The notes below the pieces were generated by a model that made no database searches, was not told where the DNA came from, and saw nothing but the letters and a program-made list of their open reading frames with translations. DNA of 64,000 nt. Source: Lachnospiraceae bacterium (GTDB lineage: Bacteria > Bacillota > Clostridia > Lachnospirales > Lachnospiraceae). Of this stretch, positions 58,467-64,000 are shown piece after piece (positions within the stretch are counted from its first letter, which is position 1; each line of letters starts with the position of its first letter). Location of the stretch: positions 28,896-92,895 of the forward strand of contig JAZNOO010000002.1 of the NCBI GenBank assembly GCA_045580855.1, given 5' to 3'. The position numbers and the translations under genes are program-made.

Positions 58467-59219
58467 TTAAATTTCGGCCAGAGAACTTACGGCATTCTCG
58501 CCAATCAAGGTATCAAAATGTTCCTTTGCGTAAAATTTATAATAGCCGTTGTCGTGAACCTTGCCCGCGTATTCGGAAAGAATATTGCAAACCTTGGCAA
58601 AGTCCTCTGCGGATGAATCTACATTATATAAATAAAGAATAAATCTGTTTTCCCGCGCATTTTTGTAAAGGATGCTGTCGCCAATGTAGGCGGTCTTTAC
58701 GGAACGGCAGGCACGGATGGTTTCGTTTAAGGAATCAAATTCGTAGAAAATGCTTCCGGTCGCCTTGCTGTCTTCGGCATCTTCCACAGATGCATCCGCT
58801 GTAAGAGAAGGTGCTTCCTTATCGTTGTGCTGCTGCATTTTCTTGAATAATTCTGCGATTTCTTCGCCGTTTCCGGCCAAACTTTGCACTACATCGCCGA
58901 TTAATCCGGACAAAGAAGGCTCACCGTCATGCACGGAAGGTGCAAAGCGGGAAAATCTGGTATCCAGTTCATCGGGATCTTCTACTTTGGTAATAATTAC
59001 GACCGCACACTCCGTAAAAGGAATGACTTCAATCATAAGCGGTGTATCCTCGGCTTCAAAGTCACATTCGTAGGCTGCCATCTGCATCATATCCTGGAAC
59101 AGACGCTTTACTTTCTCGTTGCCGTAAGACATATCGCTTAACTTCAAGTCCCGTTTCTCTAATTCTTTTTTGGTAAGTGTGCATCGTATCTGATGATCAT
59201 TTACTCTCTCTATCTTCAT
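58467..59219 (-). CDS. mecA: ClpC adaptor protein MecA
   Basis: MKIERVNDHQIRCTL, LMIE, ILSEY, EH..LI..NA. This is the adaptor, not the PBP2a gene. Confidence 0.9.
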   Translation of the reverse strand: MKIERVNDHQIRCTLTKKELEKRDLKLSDMSYGNEKVKRLFQDMMQMAAYECDFEAEDTPLMIEVIPFTECAVVIITKVEDPDELDTRFSRFAPSVHDGEPSLSGLIGDVVQSLAGNGEEIAELFKKMQQHNDKEAPSLTADASVEDAEDSKATGSIFYEFDSLNETIRACRSVKTAYIGDSILYKNARENRFILYLYNVDSSAEDFAKVCNILSEYAGKVHDNGYYKFYAKEHFDTLIGENAVSSLAEI

Positions 59220-59260
59220 TCAATACTCCAATCTATGTTAAAAGGGTTTATGCTGTGTGG

Positions 59261-59415
59261 GTAACTATTCAGAGCATACATTCGCAAAATCGCTACTACG
59301 TAGCTTTCCTTTTGCTCATGTATGGCTTCTCGCCATATAGATTTATAACATCATCCATATGCAAGCAAGCTTGCAAAGTCTGTTCTTATAAATCTGCATG
59401 GCTCTGAATAGTTAC
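59261..59415. mobile_element. 155-bp non-autonomous inverted-repeat (MITE/REP-like) element
   Basis: Perfect 15-bp terminal inverted repeats GTAACTATTCAGAGC / GCTCTGAATAGTTAC; nested internal IRs AGATTTATAA..TTATAAATCT and TGCAAGC-AA-GCTTGCA. Confidence 0.72.
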
Positions 59416-59456
59416 ATAATATATTTCGACATAAAAACGCAAAGTTTTTACTGTAT

Positions 59457-59484
59457 ATTATACTTTTTCATAATTTTTAGTCAA
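59457..59484 (-). promoter_or_regulatory. Sigma-A promoter of mecA, with a Spo0A box just downstream
   Basis: TTGACT-N16-TATAAT; TGTCGAA on the minus strand at 59425-59431. Confidence 0.6.
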
Positions 59485-59761
59485 TACTTGTGACCTTTTG
59501 TTCACTAAATTTTAATATAGGAAAATGTTTCCTTATTTTTATAAAATTTCTGGTCATAAAAATATTTGCACTATCATGGGCATTTGTCGAAAGCGCGAAA
59601 TTTGTCGACGTCTTTTTCTTGAATTTGTGTTTTTTCGGCACTATACTGAAGGTGAAAGGTGTCCAAACGGAAATTTGTACCGGTTGGGAGGCTGTAGTTT
59701 TTATCATATTTATATTAAGAGTATAATTCTCCTTTCGGGGTATATGGCTCCGGAATGTCTT

Positions 59762-59926
59762 TTAAGCTGATGCGCGTTCGCGCATTTGTGATTCCAAATA
59801 ATTTTTAAAGCGTAATGATTCAAGAATTGCATTGATATTTTGGTACTTCCGGACATCTTTCGTTTTACTAGTATCGTCATAATTAAAATATTTTATGATG
59901 GAAATTTCGTTTTGATACAAATGCAT
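59762..59926 (-). CDS. Small 54-aa hypothetical protein
   Basis: MHLYQNEISIIKYFNYDDTSKTKDVRKYQNINAILESLRFKNYLESQMRERASA*; RBS AAAAGGA. Confidence 0.5.
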   Translation of the reverse strand: MHLYQNEISIIKYFNYDDTSKTKDVRKYQNINAILESLRFKNYLESQMRERASA

Positions 59927-60129
59927 CACGGTTCCTTTTGGATATAAGCGAAAACCATTCAACAGGCCTTCTGTCTGAAATCATAACCGTTTCGGGAAGT
60001 TTTAAACAAAGTGAGTCCCTCAAACGAACGCGACTTTCCGAAAAACTCAAAAAACAACAAAATTTTAATGACGATGCGAGAATATTCTGCTATAATAGGG
60101 GCGGTCAAAACCAAAACGGAGGAAACGCC

Positions 60130-61884
60130 ATGGAACCGAAACGCGAGGATAAGCGAAAGAAAAAGAGAAAAAAACAGAGACAAGCCATGTTGGCCAAAGC
60201 AATCCCTGTTGTGATTGCGATTGTCCTTATTATAGCCCTTGTGGGAATTTTTTACGGGGAAACACTGATTGAAAGTGTGTACTATACTTCTGAACGCGAA
60301 GATTTGTATCAATATTTTGGATTGGTGGAATCGGATGATGTTGCGATGATTATGCAGGATGCCCATATTGACGAGAAGGCTAAACTTGTGGACGGTAACT
60401 GCTATTTTGATATGGCAACGGTGGAGAAGTATTTTACGGACCGTTTCTATATTAATGAAGAAGAAGGCATTGTTCTTTATACTACGGAGAAAGATATTTA
60501 TAAAACCTATATCGGTGAAGAATATTCTTCTTATACGGTGGCGGGAGCGGAGAATGCACTTGCCTGTCCGGCAGCGTTACTGATAGGGGAAGAAGTATAT
60601 TTGTCTGCAGATTATGTGAAGATTTTTGCGAATTTTACTTATGAATATTTTGCGGAGCCCAACCGTATGCTTCTTTATACGGAATGGGGCACAAGACAGT
60701 ATGCCAATATCACCAAGGATACCAAACTTCGCTATCAGGGCGGTGTGAAGAGTCCGATTCTGAAGGATTTGCCTGAAGGTGAAAAGGTATTTGTTCTGGA
60801 AGTGATGGAGAAGTGGAGCAAGGTCATCACAGAAGATGCGTTGATTGGCTATGTTGAGAATAAGCGTCTGGAAGAAGGCGAAATGATGACGCAGACGCCG
60901 GCAACGGATGCGGTGGTTCTCAATTATCAGAGCATCAGCCGTGAAGGCAAGATTAATATGGCCTTCCATCAGGTATTCTCTCAGGGAGCCAACAGTACCT
61001 ACGATGCTTATATGGCTGAAACCAAGAGTGTAAATGTAATTGCACCCACCTGGTTTAGGGTAAAAGATGAAGAAGGAACCTTAGAGTGTATTGCAAGTAC
61101 GGAATACGTGACTAAGGCACATAATAAGGGCATTGAAGTGTGGGCAGTGGTAACCGACGTGGATTATTCGGTGAACATTGGTGCAATTCTTTCTTCCAGC
61201 GAGAAGAGAGAAGCGATGGTATCGACTTTGATTGCTTACGCACAGCAGTATGATTTGGACGGTATTAATGTGGACTTTGAAACCGTGGGAGCAGAGTATG
61301 GCGATGATTTCATTCAGTTCTTGCGTGAATTATCCATTCAGACCCATGCAAACAATATTGTATTGTCAGTAGACAACTATGCACCTACTGCATCAACGAT
61401 GTATTATAACCGCGCAGAACAGGGATTGGTTGCGGATTATGTGGTGATTATGGGATACGATGAGCACTGGAGCAGTTCTCAGGTTGCCGGTTCCGTGGCA
61501 TCTATCAATTTCGTGGAACAGGGTATTTTAAATACGATGGAAGAAGTTCCGGCAGAGAAGATTATTAATGCAATTCCTTTCTACACAAGACTTTGGAAGA
61601 CTTCCGGCGGTACGGTAAGTTGTGAGACTATCGGAATGGATTTGGCAGAGAACTGGGCAAACACCAGTGGCGTTGAATTATATTGGGATAATGAAACCTG
61701 TCAGTATTATGGAGAAATCCAGAAGGACGGCACTTTGTACCAGATTTGGATGGAAGACAGCGAGTCTATCCAGGTGAAATTAAGTGTTATGGAGGCGAAC
61801 AATATTGCCGGCGTTGCAGAGTGGAAGCTGGATTTTGAGAATCCTGTAGTTTGGGATGTCATTGAAGCATACGTAAATTCATAA
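60130..61884 (+). CDS. Membrane-anchored GH18 hydrolase with SH3-like domain (spore cortex/peptidoglycan hydrolase-like)
   Basis: Basic N-terminus plus TM; IAPTWF, DGINVDFE, MGYDEH, IPFYTR, AGVAEWKL. Start moved to the ATG after GGAGG. Confidence 0.9.
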   Translation: MEPKREDKRKKKRKKQRQAMLAKAIPVVIAIVLIIALVGIFYGETLIESVYYTSEREDLYQYFGLVESDDVAMIMQDAHIDEKAKLVDGNCYFDMATVEKYFTDRFYINEEEGIVLYTTEKDIYKTYIGEEYSSYTVAGAENALACPAALLIGEEVYLSADYVKIFANFTYEYFAEPNRMLLYTEWGTRQYANITKDTKLRYQGGVKSPILKDLPEGEKVFVLEVMEKWSKVITEDALIGYVENKRLEEGEMMTQTPATDAVVLNYQSISREGKINMAFHQVFSQGANSTYDAYMAETKSVNVIAPTWFRVKDEEGTLECIASTEYVTKAHNKGIEVWAVVTDVDYSVNIGAILSSSEKREAMVSTLIAYAQQYDLDGINVDFETVGAEYGDDFIQFLRELSIQTHANNIVLSVDNYAPTASTMYYNRAEQGLVADYVVIMGYDEHWSSSQVAGSVASINFVEQGILNTMEEVPAEKIINAIPFYTRLWKTSGGTVSCETIGMDLAENWANTSGVELYWDNETCQYYGEIQKDGTLYQIWMEDSESIQVKLSVMEANNIAGVAEWKLDFENPVVWDVIEAYVNS

Positions 61885-61899
61885 GAATGTCCAATAAAG

Positions 61900-61938
61900 A
61901 TGCACCTCGTTTGTGAAAGACAAACGGGGTGTATTTTG
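61900..61938 (+). terminator. Intrinsic terminator
   Basis: ATGCACCTCGTTTGT-GAAAG-ACAAACGGGGTGTATTTT. Confidence 0.78.
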
Positions 61939-61983
61939 TGTGAAAAAGAGAGAAAAGTGCGGATAAGAGCAGACGTTTTTGCT

Positions 61984-62275
61984 TGTCGAAAAATGCGATG
62001 CTTTTATCTTGTCGAAAAGTGACGAAAAGCGTAAAATTAACTTGTATGGCAGAGTTCTTTTGCCGGAATCTACTACAGAAAGAAACTGTATTCACAGTCA
62101 AATCGACCAATTTTTCAAAGAGTAAATCACAAATAGGAAGCTAAGAACCGTCATTATTAAATTCGTCATTTTGCACATAGGCATATTTTATACCTACTGT
62201 TAGAATTATTTTATCAATCTTGTCTTTTTGGACTTATCTGTAACATATCTTTGTTCTGTTTATGACGGTGTCGAA
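61984..62275. promoter_or_regulatory. Cluster of Spo0A boxes (TGNCGAA)
   Basis: Perfect matches at 61984, 62010, 62020, 62162 (reverse) and 62269. Confidence 0.65.
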
Positions 62276-62377
62276 ATACGACGAAAATCCGGGGAATCTA
62301 AAGAAGTGTATCAAGCGGTTTTGTTTGTGACAAAATCGGACAATCAGTATTTTATAACGGAATAGGGAGAGTTGGTT

Positions 62378-62965
62378 ATGGATAGGGGATATGAGAGTTT
62401 GACGATTCAGGATGCTTTTATATTGTCAAAGATTATGGCGAATGTTAAAACAGCCAAAAGGTTGATGGAGTTACTGACGGGGCAGAAAATTTATAAAATT
62501 CAATATGATAAGAATAATATTGTGGAGTGCGTTACGGGAATGAAAGGAATTTCTGTGGAGTTACATATGGCGGATGCTAAGCAGAGCGTTTGGAAGACAG
62601 AGCTGTATCTTGCCACCCGGGATGTGTTTAAAGAAGGGCGGGCGGTATATCATTTCCGGGAACGGTGTGATGGAGTGACAAGGTTGGAGTTGCCAGGAGG
62701 TATACATCGGATTTTTGTGTGCGCTACGAAAGAATCGGCAGAGACAGTAAAAGATGAGGAGTTGAAAGCGTTCTTGAATTATATGCTTAATCCGGGGGAA
62801 AGAGGAAGTAATTTGGTAAAGATGTTGGATGATGAGGTGAAGCGTATTAAAGCAAATCGTACCTACGAGAAAGAATACAGACAGATTCGATACGAGGAGA
62901 CGGAAGCGAATCAGCGGGATTTTGCCAGACAAATGCAGGAATATGACAACCGCCGACGGAAATAA
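62378..62965 (+). CDS. Degenerate Rpn/YhgA-like (PD-(D/E)XK transposase family) protein, catalytic core apparently lost
   Basis: N-terminal YESLTIQDAFILSKIM..LMELLTG, DVFKEGRAVYHF and ELKAFLNY..VKRIK resemble Rpn; the RLDV and EMQ motifs are absent. Confidence 0.65.
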   Translation: MDRGYESLTIQDAFILSKIMANVKTAKRLMELLTGQKIYKIQYDKNNIVECVTGMKGISVELHMADAKQSVWKTELYLATRDVFKEGRAVYHFRERCDGVTRLELPGGIHRIFVCATKESAETVKDEELKAFLNYMLNPGERGSNLVKMLDDEVKRIKANRTYEKEYRQIRYEETEANQRDFARQMQEYDNRRRK

Positions 62966-63009
62966 AATGATAAAAAGCATAGGCGCGAAAGTGCCAAAAG
63001 GACTCTTTT

Positions 63010-63621
63010 ATGATGAGTTATTTATGGGGCGGTATGATTGTGATTGGTATTATTTATGCCGCTTTTACGGGGAATTTGGAGGCGGTGACGGATGCGGCAA
63101 TCCAATCGGCACAGGATGCCGTTACTTTGTGTATTACCATGATGGGCGTTATGTCTATGTGGGTTGGCTTAATGGAGATTGCCAAGGAGGCGGGGATTGT
63201 AGATTTACTGTCGCGCCTGATCGGGCCGGCATTGCATATGCTTTTTCCGGGGGTGCCGCGAAAGAGCAAGGCGGAAGAATTTATTTCCCTTAACGTGATT
63301 GCAAATGTATTGGGCCTCGGCTGGGCGGCCACGCCAGCCGGACTGAATGCAATGAAAGAGTTGGAGGGATTGCGTAAAAAACAGGGAAAACCTGCGGGGA
63401 TTGCGACAAACGATATGTGCAATTTTTTGATTTTAAACATTTCTTCGCTACAGCTGATTCCGGTGAACTTGATTGCCTATCGAAGCAGTTACGGTTCAGA
63501 GAATCCGGCGTCCGTTATTGCACCGGCGATTTTGGCAACGGCATTTTCGACGCTGGTGGCAGTTGTTTTTATTGTGCTGGTGAATGGTTTGGGTAAAAAG
63601 AACAGGAGGGCGGTTTCATGA
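63010..63621 (+). CDS. spmA: Spore maturation protein A
   Basis: WVGLMEIA, ANVLGLGWAATPAGL.AM, LNISSLQLIP. Confidence 0.93.
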   Translation: MMSYLWGGMIVIGIIYAAFTGNLEAVTDAAIQSAQDAVTLCITMMGVMSMWVGLMEIAKEAGIVDLLSRLIGPALHMLFPGVPRKSKAEEFISLNVIANVLGLGWAATPAGLNAMKELEGLRKKQGKPAGIATNDMCNFLILNISSLQLIPVNLIAYRSSYGSENPASVIAPAILATAFSTLVAVVFIVLVNGLGKKNRRAVS

Positions 63622-64000
63622 ATACTCTCGTTACGATTTCCAACATGATTCTGCCGGTTGTAATCCTGATTATTGTGACAATCGGGCTGGGACGCAAGAA
63701 AGATGTTTACGGTCTTTTTATCAAAGGTGCTGAGGACGGTTTTCAAACCGTTATTAAAATTATGCCTACGCTGATTGGTTTGATGGTGGCGGTGGGTGTA
63801 CTTCGGGCGTCCGGATTTTTTGATTTCCTGGCAATGCTGTTGGCGCCGCTTGTTAAAGTATTTGCGCTTCCTGCGGAAGTGGTGCCTTTTCTTTTGATTA
63901 AGATGTTTTCGTCATCGGCAGCCACGGGACTGGCGCTTGATCTTTTCAAAACCTACGGTACGGATTCTTATATTGGTACGCTGGTGTCACTGTCTATGTC
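63618..64000 (+). CDS. spmB: Spore maturation protein B, 3'-truncated by the window edge
   Basis: MNTLVTISN...DVYGLFIKGAEDGF..IMPTLIGLMVAVGVLRASG..KMFSSSAA. ATGA overlap with the spmA stop. Confidence 0.92.
   Translation, partial: MNTLVTISNMILPVVILIIVTIGLGRKKDVYGLFIKGAEDGFQTVIKIMPTLIGLMVAVGVLRASGFFDFLAMLLAPLVKVFALPAEVVPFLLIKMFSSSAATGLALDLFKTYGTDSYIGTLVSLSM

Noticed and set aside
59938-60129. Long N-terminal extensions given by the ORF track (also at 22616, 27971, 43644 and 58053)
   Set aside because: Downstream ATGs have clear RBSs and match the expected family N-termini.
62372-62965. Active transposon
   Set aside because: No catalytic motif, terminal repeats or target duplication.
1-64000. 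Many 60-180 aa antisense or overlapping ORFs; tRNA, rRNA, prophage
   Set aside because: The ORFs are shadows of well-supported genes. No tRNA cloverleaf, rRNA or phage hallmark was recognised by eye; tRNAscan-SE and Infernal would be decisive.

Overview
Chromosomal segment of a Clostridia-class, Lachnospiraceae-like firmicute. spmA/spmB and Spo0A boxes indicate sporulation, and an MCP suggests motility. Most genes lie on the + strand. The rpsF-ssb-rpsR-gdpP-rplI-dnaB block suggests the window is near the origin. Contents include: two AraC-linked carbohydrate loci (two GH2, a GPH symporter, a GH5); anaerobic and redox genes (pflB-pflA-ferredoxin, a stand-alone glycyl-radical spare part, FprA, a desulforedoxin-BFD fusion, a PflX-like radical SAM protein); housekeeping genes (dinB, rsmF, argC, plsC, rlmI, pncA, cobB, mecA); and many solitary membrane/surface genes (two LRR proteins, three GT-C-like polytopic proteins, Zn-ribbon membrane proteins). 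I saw no rRNA, tRNA, CRISPR array, prophage or intact transposase. Five small genes missing or mis-started in the ORF track were read by hand. Best leads: (1) a PFL whose glycyl-radical domain hangs on a 31-aa acidic four-Cys linker, plus a minimal spare-part protein that begins exactly at that boundary; (2) an extracellular CBM2-like domain fused to an HD-GYP phosphodiesterase; (3) a nuclease-dead Rpn derivative behind a Spo0A-box cluster, upstream of spmAB; (4) candidate structured leaders before a MetT-like transporter and a nucleotidyltransferase; (5) a 155-bp inverted-repeat element in the mecA leader. All family calls come from motif recognition by eye; no database searches were run.
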